From Octopus bimaculoides (taxonomy: Eukaryota), in NCBI RefSeq assembly GCF_001194135.2, contig NC_068984.1:135349388-135413387 (forward strand): a DNA stretch of 64,000 nucleotides, in the 5' to 3' direction. How positions within the stretch are numbered: the first letter of the stretch is position 1; every line of letters begins with the position of its first letter. Made by a program: the position numbers and the translations under genes. Under the pieces are notes generated by a model that made no database searches, had not been told where the DNA came from, and saw nothing but the letters and a program-made list of their open reading frames with translations. This document shows positions 39,588 through 51,229 of the stretch, one piece after another.

Positions 39588-40260
39588 TACAGGGTGCGAA
39601 GTGTAAATTATCGCCATTTTATATTTTTTATTTCGCGCATTGTTTGTTTTGGATTTTGTCGACTACACAGTATAGTGGAGTCAGATTGGCACCGTTGTGA
39701 TAACAAAACAGCACCATGACGCAATTCACTGTACTAGTAATTTGGAAACGACATATTGTGATACTTGGTGTTCGCGCCGGAACCTCTAATACGAACATTT
39801 TAGTGTTTGAGTGTCAATCTGAGGACAGGACAATCTGAGGATATGTACCAGGAGTGATAAAAATCAAACATCCAGTCAACATCATGGAGTTTGGTCTGAT
39901 GATTAGTGATGGTGAAGTTATGCCTCCACTCCTCTTCGCACACCACCTCAGACATAACACAGATGCCTACATCAAATGTCTCGAGGATATAGTGCTGGCA
40001 TTGGTGAAGAGGTTGACTGCTGGAAGACCCTACGTCTGGCAACAGGACTCTGCACCATGTCACACAAGCAGGGGAACCCTGTCAGGAGAGTCAGACAATT
40101 TCTACGAACACATCAACCCTCACATCTGGCGATCAAGACTCCCAGATTGTAACCCCTTGATTATTATATGTGAGTCGCAGTTGAGCGAGGGGCCAAAAAA
40201 ACTCCTTGAGACACCAAAGATGAACTGACAGCATTCGCCAACTTAACGAAGAAGACCGTC
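39588..40260 (+). mobile_element. Internally deleted DD37D (maT-like) Tc1/mariner transposon
   Basis: Starts TA-CAGGGTGCG. ORF HPVNIMEFGLMISDGEVMPP...GRPYVWQQDSAPCHTSR...PDCNPL has 37 residues from QQD to where the third D falls, after a 1-nt deletion. Confidence 0.85.
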
Positions 40261-40920
40261 CGTGAACAGCATCATCATAAGAATCGAAAAGACACCGTTG
40301 AAAAACAAACAAAAGTAAAGCAAACTGTATCGGAAAAGCATGCAGAAAAGGTCACAAATCCAGGTCTTTCCTTCTGGAAAAGAAATTAAGATATTTGCTC
40401 TTTATATATTATTAAAATTTGTCATTACATTGAATGAGAAACCTACTACAATTCAGTAATGCATAAGTAACTGTCTTTATTTTGGATGCATATTGGCATC
40501 GAATGAGTTAAAAGAGGACAGAGTATTCGAGATATGGGCACATAACCGCTAAATGTATTTAAATCAATATCTACAAACACTATGATACATTTATATAACG
40601 AGCGTCACCTGTGCAGTGTAGAAAGCTCACACAAGCTCCGACTTTATATATTGGAGATACAATATTGAACAAAGTCTCTTACTTATAAACCTGGCCTCCA
40701 AATATCAACTGTTTCAAGAACCATGTACCAGGTACTCATATGCACCTCTTCTTGTTATAGGCACTTAAAATATGAAAGTATCTTTGTGTTTTTGCATACA
40801 AACATTACAACAGGTAGAATATATTAAAACTTATATCATACTTCATGCCAAAATTTATGATATCGTTTTAAGTATTGACACACCAATACATAAATGATTA
40901 TATTGTACAGAGTAGAATAG

Positions 40921-41135
40921 CAGCGAGCTGGCAGAATCGTTAGCAGGCCGGGCTAAATGCTTAGCGGTATTTTGTCAGTCATTACGTTCTGAGTTCAAAT
41001 TCTGCCGAGGTCGACTTTGCTTTCATCCTTTCAGGATCGACAAATTACGGAACAGTTGCGAACTGGAGTCGGTCTAATCGCCTGGCCTCCTCCCAAAACA
41101 TTTCGGGCCTTGTGCCTATAGTACAAAAGATTATT
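40921..41135 (+). mobile_element. Full-length Nin/Deu-domain SINE
   Basis: GCGAGCTGGCAGAATCGTTAGCA...GAGTTCAAATTCTGCCGAGGTCGACTTTGCTTTCATCCTTTCAGGATCGAC...GGCCTTGTGCCTATAGTACAAAAGATTATT. Confidence 0.9.
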
Positions 41136-44100
41136 AATTAGTTCAGAAGAAACAGAACCCTATTCCAGTGTCTGATTAATATTCGTTTAAGAACATCCCC
41201 GGTCTGGTAGAAAATGAATATTGCTTGTATATTCCTGAAGAGAAACTATGTACGTTCAGTATTAGTACACTGATATTTTGTAGAGTTTCCTTACTAATGG
41301 ACTTCTTTATTGGCAGTTGATGTTACCCTTATTTAATTATTAATGTCGGAACTAATAATCGAAATCAGAGTAACTGTATACAAGTCGAAAATGTTAAATG
41401 TTTGATATTATTCAGGGTCCCAGTCTGTAATTATAATAGAGTAGTCTTTAATGAAATAAAAATTACCATCTATAACAGTTAATCTTCTTTGCTCCTTAAT
41501 TATATATCACCCTTATCGTAAGATGGTCAACTAAAAATTATAAATAAAACAATAAAACCCTTTGTCCATTTCCTTAATCATTTGTCAGTTTCGTTTGAGC
41601 AATCTATTCTGAAGGATAATTTCATTAAGACTAGGGAATACTGAATTATCACCTTCATAAATTGTGAGATAATGAACTGTTTGTTTATACTACAATAAGA
41701 GATTCCACAGCGATATTGGAAACTGTGGGCGACTTTTAGGGACAAAGTGCAGCTTGGAGTAAGGAGAATTACACTTTTTTCCACAACCTAACATTGAAGC
41801 TATAATCATTTTACATCTACGTAATTGCTGTGTAACAAATATGCTAAATAGAGGGTGTTCAAAAGGTCTCTCCGCAGTAAGTATTTTATTGCAAATATCT
41901 TTAAAATATATTTTTCCGCGCTATACTGAATTCATATTGTTATATTAATTTTAGATATTAATGAATCCGAATAAGAGTTCGATTGCTCACTGAAAATATT
42001 GAGCGGAGAAATCTAGTTCTACGTGCAAACACTGTCGTGGAAAATGTCAGCAAAATTTCGAATTAGAAGAAACCGTTGAAATGGGAGCAAATTTCAGTTG
42101 TGTGTTTCACTTGAAAGTTGTAATGATATTAACCGTTGATAACTCCGAAAGTAAAAAAGAAGGCATGTTTCTAGAATATAAATTGTACTGTATTACGAAA
42201 AGGATATACCCAGGAGTGATGATCGGTGATTATTATGTTTCACATGGAAGCGTTAAGTGTGACTTGTACAAGATTTAAAAAGGCTATTTAGGATTATGTT
42301 ACATTAATGTGTGACAGAATTTTACAATCTTGAAGCAGAAATTCTTTACGGTTCCACTGGAGAATGTTTTCAAGTTTCAGTTAATAGCGACATGAGAAAT
42401 GTGAAGTGACGTGTCTTGGTTGCATGTACTTAACAGTTGTATTCGGAGAATCTGGTAAATGCGAAATTTATTAACATCCATATATAAATTACTACTAAAG
42501 CAACATATAGTGAGTGTCTATAAACCTTTTACGCAGCAGGAAGCCTTCAAAATCTTTAAGCACCTACAGCACTGATTGATGTCGTCGATGCCCAGCTTGT
42601 AAAACGTCATCGACCAAAGTGAAAAGTTAGGCAGAAACCTCAAAAACTTTGTTATATATGCTCATAACAGTTTTATCCGATTCAACAGTGCAAAGATATA
42701 GTTAGTGTACAGAATAGATAGAAATAAATATAAGGAAGTAAGTATGGTGAACATAACCGATACTTATAGAATATCGCTCACCACACCAGATAGAAACTGG
42801 TTTAGAGAGGAACTATCTGAGCAACTCGATACTTTGATCTGAGAACAAACCAGTATGGATACCAAATCCCTTTTCTACAGCGGTTACAATCGTGTGCACA
42901 TTTCGATAAAATAAATGAAGGCGTTGGCGATTATAAAAATTGAGACTTTAACTCATTGTTTATATCATCCATTACTCACGGTTAAAAGCAGTGGGATGTA
43001 CAAAATGACTCGACGACGAAAATCAAAAAGTTATATCTGAAACTGAGTATGCTTTTCTACTGTCCTTGTTATAATTGAAATCAGAATTTAATGGTGACAA
43101 ATTTTATGCAAACGAAAATAATTATTTAACGCTGTACTTCTTCCACAACTACCATCAGACTTATGTAATTGATAGCGGTTTTATTTACAGATACGTGAAA
43201 AAGCATAGACACAACGCATTGCAATAACACCATGTTCATTGCTGGTCCTTATCGATTAACCGAAATTTATACGTGGCCGCTGGTGTAAATTTAGGAAATC
43301 TTGATAATGAAAATGATACTTGTTTTCTGCCTTCATTTCTCTGAAAATTTTCATTTATTCTTCAGCTTAGAGCTAATTTGTCTTTCTATACTAAAATAAC
43401 TAATGCGTTTGTTTTTTCAAATATAAAATTTTGTTGGATTTGTTGTTTGTATGACGTTCACTTGATTTTCGATTGCTAACTTAATTATCTTCATAGTTTC
43501 ATGATTTTCTCAGACATTTTAATAAGTCTGTCTGAAATACATAAATAAAGAAAAAAATGTAATGATTTGATTTCTTTTATTTTTTTAAAAATTTCCAAAA
43601 TTTTAGTGGAAACTCAATGATATTTTATATGGAATTAAAGTTAATCAATAAAAAAGTAAGATACGAAAGTAAGATACAATCGTGTACACATTTCGACTGA
43701 AGGACGGAAGGCGTTGGTGATTATAAAAACTGAAGCTTTAACACGACTTGGTTTTCCTGTAAGAAAAGTTTTCTAACGAATCTAATACTTCAGAAAAAAC
43801 TTAGGCAAATGGCCGTATATCTTAGAAGCTTATCTCTGTGGGTTGTCAAAAAACACTTCAGTTACCGCAGAGTTCAATAATCATATTTACTGCAGTACTA
43901 ACCAACTACACAAATGCGCCAATTGCAATACTTCAATGTTCTTGCGTCAGAAACTCAATTCGCATTGATATTCTTTCATATGTCTACAGAGAGGGTGCAA
44001 TTTAATATGAACTGCTTTCGTTAGTAACAAAACCAAATTACATTGAAAATACATAAAGCATTGATCTCGTCGTTGCTTCCACACTGCTGCATCGCATCGA

Positions 44101-45207
44101 ACTCCTGCGTTGCTATAAGTAAGATTTTAATGTAAAATCAATTGCTATAATTATTGCAAAACACTATAAGGTTCCACAATACTATAATTGTTAAATACTA
44201 TTATTCCGTCAACTGTAAATAGAAGTAGTGTCACGAGCAGCTAACTTAGAAATTTAATAAAATTTACTTATTTACTTAATCATCGTTTAGTTCAGATTAT
44301 TTGTATGAAGTAGCAATTATGGTAATTAATTGTAATTCTGTTTAAGTTGGCGTATTTAAATGGAAACTTTTGGGCGTTGCGATTGAAATTATTATTGTAG
44401 ATTACACCAGCAGAGGGTTGTTTTATGTCTATTGCAGATACCAAACATAATTTAACCGAAATAATTACACATATAATATCTGTAGAAGGTATAAAATGCC
44501 GCTAAAATGATACACTAAAGGAAATTTACTGTAAATTAAAAATTAAACAGAAACGTCAAGGTTTAATAGGCTCAAGTTTCAGCTTGTGATATATCGAGTG
44601 ATTCCTAATTAGAATCAGTTACCATGTTCCGTTGAATGTTTCATTACAATGAAAGAAGCGATTCGACAAATAGGTGAATAAAAGAATTATTATACAATTG
44701 TTATCTGCGAAGACATCTGTGTAATTTTTCAAGCAAAAGTTATTGGCCTGGTGAATATTAAACGCTAAGTGCATTGTTTTTGATCCCGAACGATTTAACT
44801 AATCAGCTTTGATCATCAAGACGTAACAAATTAGAAACCAATCATTTAATCTGAGGATATTTTTCTCTTCCAAATCGATGCGGTAGTTAAATATCGGAAA
44901 TATTGAAGCCATTATGAAATTCTTTGAAGGTCAACAACATCACTATAACTAACTGACAACCCATCCATTTCCTATCAATATACCTTTCTCATTTCCTCTG
45001 TCATTTATTCCAGTTCCTTCGTATGTCTGTCTCTTTCTCTGTGCTATTCTTCTCCCTCACGCTGTCAGCGTTTACGATTCATTTTGCATGCATATCCAAA
45101 CATGTCTTTTCGCTAAAGTTCCTCGTTCTCTTTCATTGTGGGCGTTTTGGCCAAAGCTGTCTCTTTCTTTCCTTGCAATTTCAATATCTTGTGCGATTTC
45201 ATCTCTA

Positions 45208-45600
45208 AATTTCTTCTTCTTCTTCTTCTTCTTCTTCTTCTTCTTCTTCTTCTTCTTCTTCTTCTTCTTTTTTTACTTCTTCTTTTACTTCTTCTTTTAC
45301 TTCTTCTTTTACTTCTTCTTTCCCTTCTTTTACTTCCCCTCCTCTTTCCCCATCTCCTTTTTCTTCATTTTCTTTTTCTTCTCCTCCCCCTCCCNNNNNN
45401 NNNNNNNNNNNNNNNNNNNNNNNNNNNNNNNNNNNNNNNNNNNNNNNNNNNNNNNNNNNNNNNNNNNNNNNNNNNNNNNNNNNNNNNNNNNNNNNNNNNN
45501 NNNNNNNNNNNNNNNNNNNNNNNNNNNNNNNNNNNNNNNNNNNNNNNNNNNNNNCATTCTCCTTCCCCCTTCCTCTCCTCCCTCCCATCTCCCTTTCACA
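45208..45600. repeat. (CTT)n grading into 12-bp TTTTACTTCTTC units and a polypyrimidine tract, interrupted by a gap
   Basis: Direct reading. Confidence 0.9.
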
Positions 45601-46072
45601 TTCTTCTGTATGTTTCGTATGACTGTTCCAGTAATCATATTTTCATCATCACTACTATTCCTATTTTTAAAAAAAATGAGAAAACACCCCCCTCACATCT
45701 CGTCTTCTATACCATTCACACAGAAACAGCGTTACTCTGTTTTATTCTCTATAATAAAACATGTAATTACATATATCTGGCGTTGAGCGATAACGAGTTG
45801 TTAGGACGAAAACAAATTGAAAATGTAATTTATTGCAATAAATTTATGTATCTTCATCAGATAAAAAAATATTATTAACAGTCTTTGATAAGTCATTGCA
45901 ATAATTTATTGGTGTAGCAATCTCTTTCTCTATCTCTCACTGTCTCCTTCACTTTTTCACTATCACCCATCGACGTCTTTCTTTCCCTCTATATTTATGT
46001 ATACATATATATGTATATGTTTATATATATATATATATGTGTATATATATATACATATATATATATATATGG

Positions 46073-46109
<37 letters not shown>

Positions 46110-46193
46110 NNNNNNNNNNATATATATATATATAAATATATGTGTGTGTGCATGTATATATACATGTGTGTGTGTGTGTGTGTGTATGCATGC

Positions 46194-46244
<51 letters not shown>

Positions 46245-46918
46245 TCTTTATACATGCATATATTTATACGTATTCTTTTATGGTTAGACATGCTGGAGAC
46301 GTACGCAATTAAAATGCTAGTAAGCCGACCTCGAAGTCTGGTACAAAATAAAAGTGTCGCAGTGAAAATCACTTTAAAGTCAATAAATGTGTAAAGTTGA
46401 TTGTTTTTTAATTATATCTTTCCGTAAGTTTATTAAGCATACTTCTTCGACGCATCTGTGTTTTTACTACTGATTTGTGAAAATAATAATAAATAAAGGA
46501 CTCTTTACTATGCGCCTTTGCATAAATTCCTTTCTTGGCAAAAAATGAAGAGAAACATTATTCGGGGTATCTAAAAATTTCTAATGTTTTCACAATTTCT
46601 ACATTAAAGTACAGAAATTATTTGGAAAATAATAATTTTCCATTTGATCAAGCCCAAATTTGTAATGAGACAAGAACTCTGGAGTTTCGAAACTAAATTC
46701 CTGAACGTTAAGAGAATTATAGCGCATCATTTTATATGTTTACAGTATATACTCCAAAACGATGACTTAACTTTTCAGTATAAAATGTAAACATGAAATA
46801 TATTTGCTATATTTACTCAATTTTAGTATTCAACTCGTGAAGACATTCCTTGTGGTTTATGCAAAATGTTATTAAATGCTGAAATGGTTCAATTCTCTAC
46901 GCCACTTCAATTTTTTAC

Positions 46919-46998
46919 CGGCCATGAAAGTCGGCATCGTAGGTTTTCTCTTGTGTACACCGTCATCGTCAGCATGAAGTGGAGAGTAGCCATGAAAT
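46919..46998 (-). CDS. Candidate coding exon (R)FHGYSPLHADDDGVHKRKPTMPTFMA(G); alternative acceptor at 47018
   Basis: Acceptors gttcattccacag| (46998) and acttttttccag| (47018); donor GCCG|gtaaaa. Unique sequence with higher GC; a second frame is also open. Confidence 0.25.
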
Positions 46999-47319
46999 CT
47001 GTGGAATGAACAACGTTTCTGGAAAAAAGTTATATGTAGCGCCGACACATTTTCCACAGCGAGCTATAAATTTGTCGGGTGCTTAGATATTTCGGGTGAG
47101 CATCCGGCGTCTAAACACTCAGAATGAAATATCTCTTAAATATCGTATTGTGAGGAGAATGTTACAATTATATAAAATCCTGTAACATTGTAAAAAAAAT
47201 GTTCTTATGAACGCTGTTTGTCGTAGTCGTTGAATAAGTGAAACGCACTCCTGATATACACATATTCATAGAATCATGTTTCTTATTTCTTTATTGCCCA
47301 TAAGGAGCTAAACATAGAG

Positions 47320-47515
47320 ATGACAACCAAGGACAGACAAAGGGATTAAGTTGATTACATTGACCCCAGTGCTTAACTGGTACTTAATTTATCGACCCCG
47401 AAACGATGAAAGGCAAAGTCGACCTCGGCAGAATTTGAACTCAGAACGTAACGGCAGACGAAATACCGCTAAGCATTTCACCAGGCGTGCTAACGTTCCT
47501 GCAAGCGTGCCTTCT
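47320..47515 (-). mobile_element. Nin/Deu SINE, well preserved
   Basis: TTATCGACCCCGAAACGATGAAAGGCAAAGTCGACCTCGGCAGAATTTGAACTCAGAACGTAAC...CTAAGCATTTCACCAGGCGTGCTAACG. Confidence 0.9.
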
Positions 47516-48001
47516 TATAGAATCATGTTTATGTTTGTGTAATGTATATGTACGTGTGAACACGATTTATGTAGCGAATAATATAGCAAAGTGTCTTTAA
47601 GAATTTTTAATGTAATGCCCTAGTGCTAATCTAAATATATAATGAAGATATATCTATATTAATCGAGAAAGGACGGTCATTTTATTCATTAGTATTCATA
47701 AATATCTTAAGGTGTTGTTCATCATATGACATATAAGTTCGGAAATATACATTTGCCAGCTTGGCTAATATCGGAAACATGGCATATGTACACACACAAT
47801 AATTATAGCTTACTTTTATTAAATTTGTTGGCGATATAAAAAATAATGACATGAATTATAATTTACAAAGAAAAATATTTGTTATCTTAAAATAAAATAT
47901 TAAATAAAATAAATTTCCAATTTGTAAATTTGCAATAAATATTTGTAATTATGTTTCTAAATTTTATGAATATGATCGCTGTCTACTCCATCGAAATATA
48001 T

Positions 48002-48049
48002 CTCTGTCAAATGTCATTCAAATTTATATTTGAATGACATTTGACAGAG
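48002..48049. other. Perfect inverted repeat: 22-bp stem, 4-nt loop
   Basis: CTCTGTCAAATGTCATTCAAAT-ttat-ATTTGAATGACATTTGACAGAG; arms 48002-48023 and 48028-48049. Confidence 0.95.
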
Positions 48050-48225
48050 GTATTTCATTTTTTCAGACGTTTATCATTGCTTGCCACCAAACCTCATGTG
48101 TGCACTCATCTTGTGCCACTTCTATTAAGCATCTCTGTACCCTCTTTTATCGAGCGCATCCTATCTATATACAACATTAAGCGCGACTGTAAAATCAACC
48201 AATCAACTAACGAAATAACCACAAT

Positions 48226-48276
48226 TTGTACCGGCTATTATCATATTATACAAGGATATGATAATAGCCGGTACAA
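48226..48276. other. Perfect inverted repeat: 21-bp stem, 9-nt loop
   Basis: TTGTACCGGCTATTATCATAT-tatacaagg-ATATGATAATAGCCGGTACAA; arms 48226-48246 and 48256-48276. Confidence 0.95.
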
Positions 48277-48277
48277 C

Positions 48278-48343
48278 GATATATGTTACTTAGATATATG
48301 TTACTTATATATTTGTTACTTATATATTTGTTACTTAGATATT
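48278..48343. repeat. 15-bp tandem repeat, about 4.4 units
   Basis: GATATATGTTACTTA x2, TATATTTGTTACTTA x2, then GATATT. Confidence 0.9.
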
Positions 48344-49789
48344 CCGCGATACGCTATACTCACATGATTTTCAGCCATCTTCTAAGTCATAAATGCCAGA
48401 TGAGCATTGTTAAATACCTTAGCCAATGAAATATACTCTGCATTTGTGGGACCCGTGGAAATTCCACAGAACGAAAAAGATTAAGAGATGCTATTTAAGA
48501 CAGAAAGGATGATTCTCATTTTTATTTTCATTTTGCTTAGTTATTTCACTTTCAGTCGAAATAATGTATTATATGATTTTAAAATTCGACTGTGCTAAGC
48601 ACTTCGTATTTCTCTCTTTCTCTCTACCTCTTCAACAAACATTTTAACCATGCAATTTCCCTCTTCATATCTTTAACATTTCTCTCTTTTTTCACCTCTC
48701 ACGTCCACTAATAACACGAGTGGGAGCTTAATGTATCGGCTGGCTATCTGCCCACTCGCTGCCCTCTCGCTCAAATCTCTGTCTCATTCCACATCCCTCT
48801 CCTCTCAAACAGGCTAAAGCGTAAAGTGTGAACGAAATGTTAGAAGAATAATATCATAATTTAGTTGAATAAAAAATACTTTTCCTTATCAAGACCCCCC
48901 CCCCCCATCATCATCGTCATTATAATTTTCCGTAACAAAGCTCATTTCAATGCATTTCTGTCCAGCTGTCACTGTGGCTCAACTCTGATAGTACAGAAGC
49001 TATCAGCCCCTCTCTCTCTCTCTTTTTTCTCTTAATGCAATTGCCTCCCTTGTCCAATCCCCCCATATCGGCCTTTCTTTAACCTCACCACAAGTATATA
49101 CTCCTCTGCTATACATTATATCCTAAACATATATCTTTTTCTTTACCTTATCCTCCCCACCATATAGCATGCGTTAACGATCCTCTCTCCCTCTTTTCTC
49201 TCACCGTCTTTTACTCTCGCTCTTAGTCTCTTCCTTCAACTAACACACGTGACACATTTGGCCTTATAATACAACTTTCTGTACTTCTTCCTTCTCTATT
49301 CATACTCCTCCCCTCTTTCTCTCACTTTTACTCATTCCACCTTCACCTCTCTAACTAGCTAATGTATAACGGGCGAACGAACAAGCAAATCTTATATATA
49401 TACTCCCCCTTGGCAAAAATAATTCGCTCAAAACTATTGTATCCCATTGAGAAAATTCCAGCATACGATTTCGCGTTTCATCAGCTTTGTATAACATGTT
49501 GAATTATTTAGCGGAAACTAATACATCTCTGAATATCGCTTTCCTCATACAAACAACAAAAAATGCCATTCATATTAAACGGTAAAAAATGAAAAGTACA
49601 TTGGATAGATTCATGCTGTATATCCCAAGGAAACATTATACCTGGTTACAATATTGTTGGAGAAGTGAAAAACAATAATACGAGAGAAGTGTTGCTCTAA
49701 CAGACAAATAATCCTCCACCTTGTTTTACGAAAATAATTTTTTTTTATTTAAAAAAGTATACGTCGTGCCAAAAATGTCCGCCTTCTGT

Positions 49790-50000
49790 AATTAACGTAA
49801 TACGATGTCAAATGTTTGGCACATTGTCTGCAGTATCGAGGGCGAGGATAAATCGATTAAATCGATGTTCAACTGGTAGTTATTATCTCGACCCTGAAAC
49901 GAAGAAAGGCAAAGTCGACGTCGGTTGAATTTCAACGCACGAAGTAAACACGGACGAAATGCAACTAAACATTACGTCCAGCGCGCTAACTATTCTGCCA
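49790..50000 (-). mobile_element. Degenerate Nin/Deu SINE
   Basis: CTCGACCCTGAAACGAAGAAAGGCAAAGTCGACG...GTAAACACGGACGAAATGCAACTAAACATT...GCGCTAAC. Confidence 0.7.
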
Positions 50001-50084
50001 ATGTATTTTAGCTACGACTGCTATCAACATGCTCTAGTTGTACTTATGAGCGAAACATTACTTGTGTAACGAGAAACGGTGTTA

Positions 50085-50200
50085 CGTCACCTGATGAGAG
50101 GCTACTGCACAATGGGATGCACCGAAATTTCTTCTATAGTTTTTCTCCCTCGAGGGAATGATGCAGGATGTGTTGAAACGATCGTTGTAATAAATAAAGT
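50085..50200 (+). mobile_element. Penelope-like element terminal remnant with hammerhead-like core
   Basis: CAC-CTGATGA (50091-97) ... GAAA-CGATCG-TT (50175-86), then GTAATAAATAAA. Confidence 0.45.
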
Positions 50201-50433
50201 ATCCAGTATATTCTATCTTCCGAATTCATTGTTTCTCTTTTACTCAGCGAACACTGACTTATTGCTATTGAAGATCCAGCGACGACTGAGAAATTACCGT
50301 GGATGATGTCAGGTAACCGTAGCCATTCAACGTGCTTTATCAGTATTCTAATAGGGACAAAGCTAACAGGTATATTTAAAATTAAACTTTAAACTTTCAT
50401 TTTACCTTACACACACACTCAAACTCGCACACA

Positions 50434-50490
<57 letters not shown>

Positions 50491-50697
50491 ACATACATAC
50501 ATATACATGTGTGGGGGTCACTTTGTCTGTGTGTGTGCGGGTATGTGTGAATGTGCCCTTGTGAACTTCTGTAAAAATGTAAATTCAAGAGGTATAAGAG
50601 CTGAATAAAGATATCTTTATCCACGTGACTTCCGTAGGATTAAGGCCATATTGCGCTCTTCATAATGTAGTATTGATTTCAGTATGGAAGGAATTAA

Positions 50698-50905
50698 GCG
50701 TACATGTTTGCATAAATATGCATACCTAGCATTATATAATATAATTGTATATATTTACAAATTAATGCAACTAAAGAGAGTTAGCTCATCAAATCACCTG
50801 AACACCATAGTTACATAGATAGAGCTTTCTGTATTAGCATTAATTTGTAAATATACAATTGTATCATATAATGCTGAGTACACATATTTATGTAAACTTG
50901 AACGC
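50698..50905. repeat. Imperfect fold-back: arms of ~80 nt around a ~40-nt spacer
   Basis: Left arm CATGTTTGCATAAATATGCATACCTAGCATTATATAATATAATTGTATATATTTACAAATTAATGC; reverse complement of right arm CAAGTTTACATAAATATGTGTACTCAGCATTATATGATACAATTGTATATTTACAAATTAATGC. Confidence 0.9.
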
Positions 50906-51180
50906 ATGAGTTCTGATTAACTAAAATTAATGCTATATGATAAATATTTCGAAAGGGCCACAATCCCATTGAAGGCAGGTGGTTGATTAAATATATATTC
51001 GCCTCGTATACCTACTAATTTTGCCATTTTATATATACCGCTAAGAATTATTTTCAGTTCCGGGAACAATTTACATTATATTAGTTTGCAGTTGATTACA
51101 ACGTGGTGAGAAAGACGTGTCCGAATATGGTGCATATTGCGTCAGCTACACGATTCTCTGAACCCAATTTATTAGTACTC

Positions 51181-51229
<49 letters not shown>

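Noticed and set aside
42885-43745. Two diverged ~70-bp direct repeats (ACAATCGTGT.CACATTTCGA...GAAGGCGTTGG.GATTATAAAAA)
   Set aside because: Real but likely fragments of an old repeat or local duplication; no further structure seen.
44061-44125. 60-nt GC-richer patch readable as an exon on either strand (IDLVVASTLLHRIELLRCY or TQEFDAMQQCGSNDEINAL)
   Set aside because: Each strand has one weak splice site and several frames are open; cannot be discriminated from chance.
45138-45878. Poly-Glu/EEVK (minus) and poly-Leu/Phe (plus) ORFs
   Set aside because: (CTT)n and 12-bp low-complexity repeat spanning a gap; no splice or codon evidence.
48278-48343. Short direct-repeat arrays as possible CRISPR-like structures (also 32381-32420, 62918-62984)
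   Set aside because: Head-to-tail minisatellites without unique spacers, no cas genes, eukaryotic context.
48716-48757. Hairpin CGAGTGGG...CCCACTCG near the twin hairpins
   Set aside because: Only an 8-bp stem, which is within chance expectation.
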